Below are positions 1 through 11,114 of a stretch of 64,000 bases of DNA, piece by piece. The notes below the pieces were generated by a model. That model ran no database searches, had not been told where the DNA came from, and worked only from the letters and a program-made list of their open reading frames with translations. Source of the DNA: Podarcis melisellensis (taxonomy: Eukaryota); NCBI GenBank assembly GCA_964234715.1, contig OZ174276.1. One strand, 5' to 3'. Position numbers and translations under genes: made by a program. Position 1 is the first letter of the stretch; every line of letters starts with the position of its first letter.

Positions 1-345
1 GGCGCAGTGCGCGGCCGGCTGCGGAGGGCGCATGGCGAGCGCTGCTCCGGCTGCCGCTTGCAAGAAGTTGGGCTCAGCAGAAGTTCCAGGCAGAGCGGCG
101 CGCCCGCAGCCAAGCAGCAGGAAAGACAGTTGCCAGGCAGGAGCTGGGGCGGCGGGCAGGCGCGCCTCTCTTCCGACCCCTCCTCCGGCGGTAGGGGGAG
201 GAGGAACCGAGCGCGCCAAGCAGGTGGCCAGGCCTCCGCGCCCGCTCACCTACCAAAGGAAGGAAGGAGAGAGGAGAAGGAGGAGGTCTAGCGAAAGGAG
301 GGTGCGCGAGGGTGCAACGCGGGGAGCAGATATATTGCAACCTGG
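1..345 (-). promoter_or_regulatory. CpG island / probable promoter and non-coding first exon of the neighbouring gene (likely FAT2 by synteny)
   Basis: Very GC- and CpG-dense compared with the rest of the window; GC-box-like motifs; TATA-like caatatatct (minus) at 328-337. FAT2 lies downstream of SPARC on the same strand in amniotes. No FAT2 coding sequence is present, so gene identity and strand are inferred. Confidence 0.55.
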
Positions 346-347
346 AG

Positions 348-350
<3 letters not shown>

Positions 351-428
<78 letters not shown>
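351..428. repeat. Compound microsatellite (TG)15(AG)24
   Basis: Direct reading. Confidence 0.99.
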
Positions 429-432
<4 letters not shown>

Positions 433-869
433 AGTGGGGACAGGGGACAGCCCTCAGATTCCCAGTTTTCCGGGTTGTTGTTGTTCTTAAGTTTCTAGCA
501 TTTGCAGAGTTCGAGATATGAGGCAAAATGTACAGGTACAATTATTCTTATTTTTCTCAGAAACTAGCCTGCTCTCCCCTTTCAGTTGTTATATTCAGTT
601 GTTATGTGGGGAATTTGGGGACGCCTGCAGATGCACATGAAAGGAATACTTTCTTTCCACACTTTCCCTAATCAAATGCCCCCCCCCCCGTATTTTGTCA
701 TACACGGGTCATACATAAAACGTTCGTTCAGTGTCACTGGTGGGATGCACCAGATTCAGCCTTATGAACCAGTCCATCTAATGCAAAGAGCACAGGATCT
801 TATGCTACATGGCCATTTGGTCCTATTCTTTAAAATCTCTCCCTCTGTACATCCACATTTCATGGGAGA

Positions 870-978
870 ACATCCCTCGAGTTCTAGATAGGGTTGCACT
901 CCTTCCCTTGAAGGAGCAGGTTCATAGCTTGGGGTTGCTCCTTGATCCATCATTGCCACTGGAGGTTAGGGTGGCCTG
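870..978 (+). mobile_element. L2 LINE ORF2 fragment
   Basis: Translates RVLDRVALLPLKEQVHSLGLLLDPSLPLE, the L2/CR1 post-RT 'LGVxLDxxL' region. Confidence 0.7.
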
Positions 979-1242
979 CAGAAGAAGAAGAGGAGGAGGA
1001 GGAGGTTTGGATTTGGTATCGCACTTTATCACTACCTGAAGGAGTCTCAAAGCAGCTAACATTCTCCTTTCCCTTCCTCCCCCACAACAAACACTCTGTG
1101 AGGTGAGTGGGGCTGAGAAACTTCAAAGAAATGTGACTGGCCCAAGGTCACCCAGCAGCTACATGTGGAGGAGTGGAGACGCGAACCCAGTTCACCAGAT
1201 TATGAGTCTACCGCTCTTAACCACTACACCACACCGGCTCTC
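979..1242 (-). mobile_element. Young tRNA-derived SINE (Squam3-type), full length
   Basis: Minus-strand head GAGAGCCGGTGTGGTGTAGTGGTTAAGAGCGG with A/B boxes and (CCT/CTT)n tail; highly similar to 4440-4696. Confidence 0.88.
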
Positions 1243-2318
1243 TGGGGTGTGTGGGTGGCCTGGAGCAGCTTTGTCTCATGTTCCTTCTGTGCTCTTTCCC
1301 GGGCAGAGACATCTTAAGCCACAGTGAGCCACACATTACTTACCCCAAGACTGGATTATCGCCATATGCTTTATGTGACTCAGCCCTTAAAGTTGGTTCA
1401 GAAGCTGCTGCTGGTGCAAAATGCAGTGGCTAGGATGGCCAGTGGTCCATCCTAGCATGCCCTTTGCTAAAGGAATTGCACTGGCTCCTGAGCTAAGTCC
1501 TTGTGACTTCATCAGGTCCTGAACAACTTAGGACCAGACTATCTGGACTGGAGGGGAAACAATGCCAATACAGATCTGGACTGGGAAAGATCTCAGCTTA
1601 AAAGGCTTGCTGAAGGAGGAAGGTCTTCATCAGGTATCAGCAAGACAGTGCCTGTCTAATATTCATGGGGAGGGACAGAGGTGGACTTTGATCTTTCAAA
1701 TTTCAGCAGCATCCTCTATGAGGCAAAAAAATATATGCCACCGCATGCCTCTCGCCTTCCATGCTGCTCAATTCCCTACGCCATAGTTGCGATGCCCTAT
1801 GGCACCCCCTAGGCTTGATGCCCAGTCACGCTACCCTAAATCTGCCTGGGGGTGGAATTCCAAAGGGTAGGTGTCACAGCACTAAAGACCGGATTCCTAC
1901 ATTGTGCAGAATTGATCTCCTGTTAAGGTGGTCTTTGCAAGAGGCCTATACCTGCAGAGGGCAGGGATTGATTGGGTGTATAAGATGTGAGAAGATATTT
2001 TAGGTACCATTGGTCCCAAGCTGTACAGGGCTTTTATACATTCTCCTCCTGTCCTTATCCCAATAAAGGTTAACCAAAGCAGATTCAGTCCTATAAGCAG
2101 GCCTAAACCTGTTGTTAAGGTTATTACTGTTGTTTGCCTAGCAGCCTCTGTCAGCATTCCTCACTGGGCAGCTGTGGGGTGTGTGGATTTTCACCTTCAG
2201 GGTTTCCAATCCTCCCCAGATTTTCATTTTCTTATTATTTTATGTTCTGCAAGGGTCAGGGTTGTGCTGATCCTGATCATACTTTTGTTTTGTGCCTGAA
2301 TGGTGCTGTAAGCATATG

Positions 2319-2472
2319 NNNNNNNNNNNNNNNNNNNNNNNNNNNNNNNNNNNNNNNNNNNNNNNNNNNNNNNNNNNNNNNNNNNNNNNNNNNNNNNNNN
2401 NNNNNNNNNNNNNNNNNNNNNNNNNNNNNNNNNNNNNNNNNNNNNNNNNNNNNNNNNNNNNNNNNNNNNNNN
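2319..2472. other. Assembly gap (others at 24297-24426 and 33495-33637)
   Basis: Runs of N. Confidence 1.
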
Positions 2473-2567
2473 GGCTAGATGATAGATGATAGACAGGGTT
2501 TCCTTTGGACCTCATTTATCTTTGCACATGTGTGCAAAGAGATGAAGGAAGTAAAATGAATGGCTTC

Positions 2568-2972
2568 AGAGATGGAAAGAAGACAAATTCCCTACCAGAG
2601 AATGATGTTGTTGGACTGTGCTGAAATGTCAAAATTGACTGGGAGGCTCAAGAACCAGGGAGACCAAAAACTTTAATAAGGAATGGGAAAAAATTATAAT
2701 TTACCTTGAAGACCACTGTAAGCAGCTGAAAACATTAGCAGGACTGCATTAACACTTGTAACGTAATGAGAAATATGGACACAATTGAGTTATAATTTTT
2801 TTTGGTGGGGGGGGGAGTGTATTTTTAAAAAGATGTAGTAGAAAAGGTTTAACAACAGAACCCATGGAGGGGAAAGTGGGAAGTCCAGAGATTCGGGGGA
2901 ATCTTGTAACTTTGGATGTGTTATGGAATGATTATAAACTTAAATATGTAAAATCAAATATTATTATTTTTT
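2568..2972 (+). mobile_element. 5'-truncated L1 LINE 3' end with TSD
   Basis: Degenerate ORF2 C-terminus (WKEDKFPTRE...AEMSKLTGRL...KQLKTLAGLH*); 14-bp TSD AAATGAATGGCTTC at 2554-2567 and 2973-2986. Confidence 0.85.
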
Positions 2973-3994
2973 AAATGAATGGCTTCGGTTAAACTTTCCA
3001 CCTGCTACTCTATCCTGGCATGGATAGTTTGGTTTTTTTTTGTATCTTATAGATGTTATATGTATCTTTAAGGAATGTTGCAATTTAAATGCAAAACTTC
3101 ACAAGTCAAGGCGCAAATACGACCGGCGTTATATAGAAGGTTCAGTAAAGGGCATTTGATCAAAACTAACAACCAGCCCTTTTCATTTTGCAATTCTTTC
3201 CATTGCAGGAAAAGAGTCTGAAGAGAGTCATATGCGAACAGTTGCTTCTAACCTATGGGGCTTCCCTCAGCAGGCCGTGTGCTGTGCCCAGGGCAACAGA
3301 AAAGGAGGAAGTGAGTGGGTAGATCTGCATGCTTGGGCAGAGTCTCCAGAGGCCTCTAGGTGCCAGCATGCATGGATGATGTGTCAGCAAACCTTGCTAG
3401 CACTTAGAAGCTTCTGAGAGGGTTGCATGGTGCAGAGCAGGCCCTTTTCTCTGCCACGTCTGTGGTTCTCACTGCAGACTCCTTTTGTAGGGGAAGATGA
3501 AAGACCTGAAGAAGTCCTGGCAAACTGAATCATGTCAGTTGCAAGCACCTCCCCAACATTGCGGTCAGTCCCACAGAAACCCCGTGACCAAATTTGCCAC
3601 TGTGCTAGGATTTAGCAGCACTACAAAGAGCTTTCCTTGCACATCAAGATACAGAAGTTGTCCTCTGCCCTGCAATATTTTTCATTTGGACGCCCATCAT
3701 CCGCATTCCGGTTGAGGTCGTCAACTCTGTGTGACTTGGATGGTGACGGGAGAATGTCCTATTGGTTGTCTCCTGTCCTCGGTGCCTTCCTCCACCTTCG
3801 CTTTCCCTTCCGACTCTCATTCAGTTTCAAAAAGAGGAGAGAAAAGTTCACACAAACAAGATACGTGCATTTTACAGGGAGCAGAAATGTTTCACCCGAT
3901 GAATTAATATAATAAATGAATTCAAAGCGGAAAGGAGGAAAGCTCCTTGAGCTCATTCTCCTGACCAAATGGAGGCAGCTGACCAAAAGCATCA

Positions 3995-4200
3995 GAGCTA
4001 CTAGCCGTGATGGCTATTTTCTGCCTCCACTGCCAGAGGCAGGGGGTCTCTGAATGCTACTTGCTAGGAATCAGAAGAGGGAAGAAGAGGGACCTCAGGT
4101 CCTGCCTTGTGGGCTCCCTTGGACATCTGGTTGGTCACTGTGGGAACAGAATGCTGGACTAGATGTGCCTTTAGCCTGATTCAACAGGACTCTTCTTCTG
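3995..4200 (+). mobile_element. Old CR1-type LINE 3' UTR
   Basis: ...ggtcactgtgggaacagaatgctggactagatg...; related copies near 28490-28630 (-), 42980-43130 (+) and 51005-51245 (-). Confidence 0.6.
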
Positions 4201-4221
4201 TCCACCAGCCCACCTTGATTT

Positions 4222-4439
4222 TTTTATTATTTAGGTTTACATTTATACCCCACCTTTTCACCATGGAGCTTAAGGTGCCATACACAGTCCCCCCCTTCCC
4301 TGTTTCATCCTCATAATAACCTTGTGAAGTAGGTTAGGCTGAGAGAGCATGACAAGTCGAAGGTCACCCACTTCATGGCTGAGTAGGGATTTGAACCTTA
4401 GTCTCCCTGACCTTAGCCCAACACTCTAACCACCATATT
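4222..4439 (-). mobile_element. Older tRNA/CORE-like SINE (Squam3/MIR-like)
   Basis: cctcataataaccttgtgaagtaggttaggctgagag core and reverse B-box; relatives at 30605-30810 (-) and 10465-10640 (+). Confidence 0.65.
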
Positions 4440-4696
4440 GAGAGCCAGTGTGGTGTAGTGGTTAAGAGCGGTGGACTCGTAATCTGGTGAACCGGGTTTG
4501 ATTCCCCGCTCCTCCACATGCAGCTGCTGGGTGACCTTGGGCCAGTCACACTTCTCTGAAGTCTCTCAGCTCCACTCACCTCACAGAGTGTTTGTTGTGG
4601 GGGAGGAAGGGAAAAGGAGATTGTTATCCGCTTTGAGACTCCTTCGGGTAGTGATAAAGCGGGATATCAAATCCAAAACTCTTCATCCAAACTCTT
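4440..4696 (+). mobile_element. Young Squam3-type SINE, full length
   Basis: GAGAGCCAGTGTGGTGTAGTGGTTAAGAGCGG head; TSD CATATTG at 4434-4440 and 4697-4703. Confidence 0.88.
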
Positions 4697-4923
4697 CATA
4701 TTGTACTTGAACGAGTCTGCCCCTGTGGCTTGATGGAAGTAGAAACTGTCTCCCATGCCTTGTTATGCTGCCGTTTCTACGGGGATATACGCTCGGTATT
4801 TATTACCCCAGCTATGCAAAAATCTCCAAATGAATCCGAACTTCAATGTCTAAAATCCCTGGTAGAGGACAAGGATCCTGAGATCACATTAAGGGTAGCC
4901 AAAAAGATTGCCATAAAACTTAG

Positions 4924-5358
4924 TGTCAGGGAACTGACATCGGAGCCGAGTGGAGAGGCAAGGCTCCCTAATGATGCCGGAGAGGGAACCAGCAAGGAGA
5001 GAGAGAGAGCTTCCGCTGGGGAAGGAAACCAAGGTGACACCAGGAAGAAAGGAAAGGCTGAGAGTACTTTGGAGGGGAGGCTCCAAGACTCTTCCAGTGA
5101 GGTCAGTGAGGAAAGTGCAGGACCACCCCTTGGCACACCCACTCTGCGCAGAAGGCTTCCGCGCAGAGAAGCGAGGAGGAGATTATCTGTTAAGGAATTC
5201 TTATGTTGGAGGAAGTTTAGGAAACGCCCACTGACGGATTCTGCCAGTGATTGAGACAGTCGCATTTTTAGGGCTGTCAAACCGGGAAAAGGTCCAGCTA
5301 CGTAGCCAGCTCAGAGCAGTTTGGAATTTACGCACAAGCAACCCCAATTCCCATTACA
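4924..5358 (+). mobile_element. Solo LTR (Gypsy-like), 435 bp
   Basis: TGTCAGGGAACTG...CAATTCCCATTACA termini; perfect 5-bp TSD CTTAG at 4919-4923 and 5359-5363. Confidence 0.85.
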
Positions 5359-5443
5359 CTTAGGGAACAAGCTGTGCTATCATCATGATTAAGACCTTAA
5401 ATGATAATTTTAGGTTATATGTTAGTGACTAAGTTTTAATTTA

Positions 5444-5769
5444 CTGTATTTTTCACTCTGTAGGATGCACCAGATGATAGGACGCACCTAGTTTGGGGGG
5501 GAGGAAATAAGGGGGGAAATTTCTGAATCCCAGAAGCCAGAACAGCAGGAGGGATCTGGCTTCTGGAATAGCCTCTTGCTGTTCTGGCTTCTGGGATAGC
5601 TGCTGGGATAGCTGGTCTAGCTTTGCGCGAAGCCTCTGCAGGGCACGGGGAGCCTTCATCCACCTTCTGGCTTAGCCGCGCAGCCTGCATTCGCTCCATA
5701 AGACACACACACATTTCCCCTTACTTTTTAGAAGGGGGAAAGGTGCGTCTTATAGAGCGAAAAATATGG
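5444..5769. mobile_element. Non-autonomous Tc1/pogo(Tc2)-type DNA transposon
   Basis: TIRs CTGTATTTTTCACTCTGTAGGATGCACC / GGTGCGTCTTATAGAGCGAAAAATATGG; TA on both sides. Confidence 0.85.
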
Positions 5770-6684
5770 TATATATATCTTTTAACTGTTGCTATATCTG
5801 TATTGTCCCTGTTATGTCTAATTGCAAATTCAAACGTATCCCTATCGTTTTATGACTTCCTTGATATTGTATGTGGCCTGGAACTGGTCTGTGTCCAAAA
5901 TAATAAAATTTATAATAAATAAAATTCATTTATATCATACTTGCTCTCTGGCTCTTCTGTGCCAATCAAATAAAATCCAGTTGTTTGGGGCTGTTTAGCA
6001 TTGGAACAGGCAACCTCTGGTGATGGTGGGCTCTCATTTGATGGGAAAGAGAAGGCTAGACAGGCATCTGTCAGGGGTACCATAATTACATCCTACATTG
6101 TAGGACTGAGCAAGGGGTTGGATCAGATGACTTCAAAGCTACTTTCCAGCTCTAAAATTTGATGGCGCTGAGAAAGCAATAACAAGTTTTGAGTCCTACC
6201 ACCTTTGATTGCTTTCATAGTTGGGCTGGTGTTAAGAGGAAATTGTTCCATCCATGTGTGGGAGTCGGTTTGATTAGCAGCAACTGACTGCAAATGGCAG
6301 GTGCTTAATTAGAAGAACATCTGCTCAGCTGTTGGCACAATTCATATTTAATTAATATTAATATTAGCAGAAAATAGAATTTGAGAATGAAGACACGGAA
6401 AGGAGGTTAGGAGAGTGACTGAGTGACAAGCATTGCATTCCTGCTCCCTGCTTTATATAGAAAATCCCAGGCCCAAAACTGTAGGCTGTAGAACACAAGA
6501 TAACAAGATATAAACTATGTAGATATAACTGTATAAAAACAAGAGTCTTATAGCACCATAAAGGCTATAAAATTGATTGTTGCATGAACAATTCACTTCA
6601 TCAGATGCACCTCTATTCAATAAAATCTGCAGAATCCATGTACATATGAGACAAGCAGCAGATCCACACCATACATTTGAAGTA

Positions 6685-7224
6685 CAGTGGTACCTTCGTT
6701 CTCAAATGCCTTGGTACTCGAACACCTGTGAACCCAAGCTCAAACCAGGAAGTAAGTGTTTTGGTTTGTGAACTTTTTTGGAAGCCAAACGTGCTCCGTT
6801 TTAAGTGTTACGCTTTCGTTTTGAGTGCCACACTTCTGTTTTGAGTGTTACACTTCCAATGTTAGTGTTACGCTTCTGTTTTGAGTGTTATGCTGAGGTC
6901 TGTCTGCTATTTATTTCACGTTTTTGTTTTTGCGGCTCTTTTTCTTTTTTCTTTTTGTGACTGTGTGGAACCCAATTCAGCTACTGATAGACTGATTTTG
7001 TGACTGCAGTACATTGTTTATTGCTTTCGTTTTATGGATCAATGCTCTCATTAGATAGTAAAATTCATGTTAAATTACTGTTTTAGGGGTTGTTTTTAAA
7101 AGTCTGGAACGGATTCATCCAATTTGCATTACTTTCTATGGGAAAACTCACCTTGGTTTTGGAACGCTTTGGTTTTGGAACAGACTTCTGGAATGGATTA
7201 AGTTTGAGAACCAAGCTACCACTA
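6685..7224. mobile_element. Tigger/mariner-type MITE with internal 20-bp tandem repeat (~5 copies, 6795-6894), nested in an older MITE (~6655-7400)
   Basis: TA-CAGTGGTACC ... CTACCACTA-TA termini; unit TCYGTTTTGAGTGTTACRCT. Confidence 0.8.
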
Positions 7225-10200
7225 TACATCCATTGCACATATAGAGCACATGACTTCTCCCAAAGAATCCTGGGGCCTGTAGTTTGTTAAGGGTTCTGCA
7301 TATTGTAGCTATGTGAAAGGGAAGCTACTGTTCCCAGTTATCCCCGAAGGAAGCTGTGTGCTTTAAATGTGTGTTGGCTGTGCCTTAAATGTATGGTATG
7401 GGTCTGTCCAAGGACATGCATGTGTGAATGTATGCCCACGAAGCAGAAACCCTGGTTTCCAATGGTATGCACAGGCAACAAAAGTAGATCCTCATAGCTT
7501 CATTACAAAGGGGGGCATATACATAGAATGCATACTGATGATTCCTACATTGGAAGTATATCAAGTGTGAAGTGATCCTGATCATTGATCTTCCTTCACC
7601 AGCATCACTTTCCCTCTGGCATTCTAGAGAGTCCAGTATAAAGAAATGTAAGTGTTGCTTCCTAGTCCCACAATGCAGTGCATGCAATGACTTTGTGCTG
7701 AAAAGGATGAAGTCATCCGTATACGAGGCCATCTGGAGCCACGATGACTTCAGGAACTCGGCGAAACAGAAGGCTTCATGCAAGTTGGGATTGCCAACGT
7801 CATGCTGAGGGGGAATGTCATCACTCCTCGAAACAGATGGGACCCTGATGGGAAAAGAAAGATGCTCTGACAAAGTCTGGTAGAGCAAAGACCTTGGTGG
7901 GGATGCAGTCATGCATGCAGTGAAGTTGTTGGCACCACCAGCAAGGTGACACACAGTCTCTCTTATCTCTGAGAGTGAGATGCGACAGGGTGATGGACCA
8001 TGACCGCTGCTCTCCCAGAATGGGGTGGATGGGATACAACCCAACTGTAGATGTCACCATCAGATGACTTGGCTACGGGTTATTTTATCTTACTTGTAAG
8101 CCATTAGCTCACCTTCAGCCAATCAGCCTCCGTCTGTTCTAGAAACTCTTATGTCATCTCCATCTTTTGGCACTGGGAGCTGTGTTCCATCCCTGCAGCC
8201 CTATTTGGGATGCGCCAGCCAGAGAATCAAAAGAGAAGGAAGCAGGAAAAGATAAAAGTTCCACAAATGTCCTTCTGTCAGCATGCTGAGGCTCCAGGAA
8301 TGAGATCATTCTCACCTATATGCTTCAGAGGATAATGAAATCTGCATGACGGCTCAAGACAAGAGTGGCAGAAATTACTTTTGGGGCCCAATTACAGCAT
8401 TATCTGAGTTGGTGAATAATTCCATTGTTCATCTATGTTTTATTGATTGATTGTTCTTAGACCTCACCCTTCCTCCTGATGGAGTTCAGGGTGGGTAACA
8501 ACAATGTTAGAAAGCGCATAGCTGATAGTAATCTAATATAGTCTCTAGGTGTTTTACAAATAAGATCCAAATACAGAATTAAAAACATAACAAGAACCAT
8601 CTCAACAGTAACAGTAAAACAACAACAACAACAAACCAGTACAGACAGTGATGTCAGCTGGATCACTGCTGCTTACCAGGAGATAAAGGGAAGCAGGTGA
8701 GGTCACAGAGAGGTGGGCACGGTGCAAACACACAGACTGAGCCAATCTGGCATTTCTGCTAGTATGTTTTCACTGCGCCAACTTCCTCACCACCTCCTCC
8801 TCTGCCTCGCTGTGACACAATCAACTAGTGGTCAGGTGGCAGATCAGCTGCCACTGGCTGTATATGCCCACCACACATTTAAAGCGCACAGCTTTCTCCA
8901 GAGAATCCTGGGAACCACAGTTTCTTAAGGGTGCTGAGAATTGTAGCTCTGTGAGGTGTAAACTACCATGCTGAGGATTCATTGAGGGAAGCCATGTGTT
9001 TTAGATGTGTATTAAATGTATGGTGTCACTGCAGCCTTTGGCTCTCTGTTAGCAGTTGCCTAGTGCATCATCAGCCAGTCAAACTATCTGAACTGTTTCC
9101 ACCCTCTCTGGTTGTTCTAAGAACGTCGACTTTCAGAACTTGTGCCAAACATGCTTTTTCCCTCTTCCCATCCTCCTCCTCCCCCTTTCCTGTTGTACCT
9201 TTTAGTATATAAACCAGAGGACAGGGTGTGGCTTGAGTGTCATCGTCGTCCCCCCCCCCACTAATGAACTTTTCGTGAGCCTTTTTGGCTGAAGAACTTG
9301 TGCAAATGCTTAAAACCAAGCTATTGATTGGAAGTGGGGGTTTTTGGGGGGGGGGGAGTGATGTGCATAAGAACTAATTCTGCTCCATCATTATTAAAAG
9401 GAATATCATCTACCCTTAGAAGAGGCACACCAAAGAATATTAAAGCAAATATGAGGCGGTTGGTCAGGAAACATTCAGAATGATATAATTACATGTGTGT
9501 AGAGGACAAATGTATAAAGGATGAGAAAGGAGGAGAATGTTTCAAAATAATTGGGAATGGGCAGGGGGGGAAGGTGGGGGTTAATACTGGCACAAAGAGG
9601 AGAGGCAGGCTGGGACTTAACCTGTGCAGCACAGACAAGCAGAGCAAAGGGTTGGTGTGCAGTGCATGTTCCTGCCTGCCATCCTGCATAAACCTGATGC
9701 CTGGGGTTATTTGACGCTGGCAGCTTACCCCAGAGAGAGGCTGGAGTTTAGCTAAGTCATAGTGGCTCCCACTGCATAATAATTATCCATCTGAGATGGG
9801 TTATGAAGCAGTGACAACAATAAGAGCGCTTAAAAATAAATAAATAGCAGACTTCAAAAATATATGTGACAATGAAATGCCAAAGGAACTTGAACTTTTC
9901 TCCTGCAGGTATCTAGAAAAGAACCTCGCAGCAGATGCAAGCAAATGTTAAGCACCAAGCGTCATAACCAGATATATATTTCAAGCTTTATAAGGAGGTA
10001 AATTGTCAGCGCAACTGGACACATGCTTATTCAGAAGTGAGCCCTGCTTTGTTTACCAGGGCTCACTCCCTTACGTGAGGTTGATGGGACTAACTTTTTG
10101 AGTAGATTTGCATAATATTCTCTAATGCAATATCGACGATCTTTTTCAAAAAGTGATGGATGCCAAGCAACCGCGTGAATTGCATTAATGCTGTAATTTA

Positions 10201-10883
10201 ATTTGGAACAGCGAGCCGCAGATGTAAAAAAAAATATGTAAGAAAGAAATCTTGACATTGGGCAAGATGTGTCATTTTAAAAAGGAAAAAAAATGTAGTC
10301 TTTGTATGTACTGGCATGTTCCTAGATCTTTAACTTAATAGAGATATGATGCTTTCAAGCGTATCTCTGAAATCATGAAGCTTTCATTTTCTTAAAGACA
10401 AAACCTGTGAATCTCAAAGTCTGGTTTCTACTTGAGCCATTCTATTACTAGGTGAGTGCTGATGTCATGTAGAAGGTAAAGTGTTGGGATTCAAGCACCT
10501 GCTTGGCCACAAAGCTGACCAGGTAGCCTTGGGCTCGTCCCTGTCTCTCAGCTTATCCTACCTCACAGGCTTATTGTGAGAATAAAAGGAAGACCCATTT
10601 ATGCCACCCTGAGCTCACTGGAAAAAGAACTGGATAAAAATACCATCATCATCACCACTGTATACTTCATCTTACCTCCTGCAGCACAAAAACCTACCTA
10701 CAGCATTAGCATGTTTACTGATGGCAATTTTGCATCACCTACAAACATCCTACGATAAAAGGATCTATTGTTAAAGAAATGTAATGTACCACATATCATT
10801 ACCATAGTTTCACTGAATGTGTGGCATATGAGATTATAAAATAAAAAATAATTAATTAATTGTTTCCAGGGCTCTTTGCCATA

Positions 10884-11114
10884 CAGTGGTACCTCGGGTT
10901 AAGAACTTACGGTAATTCATTCCAGAGGTCCGTTCTTAACTTGAAACTGTTCTTTACCTGAAGCACCACTTTAGCTACTGGGGCCTCCCGCTGCCGCCAT
11001 GCTGCCAGAGCACAATTTCTGTTCTCATCCAGAAGCAAAGTTCTTAACCCGAGGTACTATTTCTGGGTTAGCGGAGTCTGTAACCTGAAGCGTCTGTAAC
11101 CCGAGGTACCACTG
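10884..11114. mobile_element. Tigger/mariner-type MITE
   Basis: TIR CAGTGGTACCTCGGGTTA / TAACCCGAGGTACCACTG, TA TSD. Confidence 0.92.

Larger units (their letters stand above)
4705..5925 (+). mobile_element. Non-LTR retrotransposon 3' end (CCHC zinc-knuckle C-terminus plus 3' UTR), interrupted by an LTR and a MITE
   Basis: ERVCPCGLMEVETVSHALLCCRFYGDIR motif; sequence resumes after the LTR at 5359; (AAAT)-rich tail near 5900-5925. Confidence 0.7.

Noticed and set aside
7-541. Overlapping ORFs of 69-155 aa at the window start
   Set aside because: By-products of a GC-rich island and TG/AG repeats (CVCV, ERER, SLSL); no domain signal
6795-6894. Regular 20-bp repeats suggestive of CRISPR
   Set aside because: Head-to-tail with no unique spacers, inside a MITE, in a vertebrate genome
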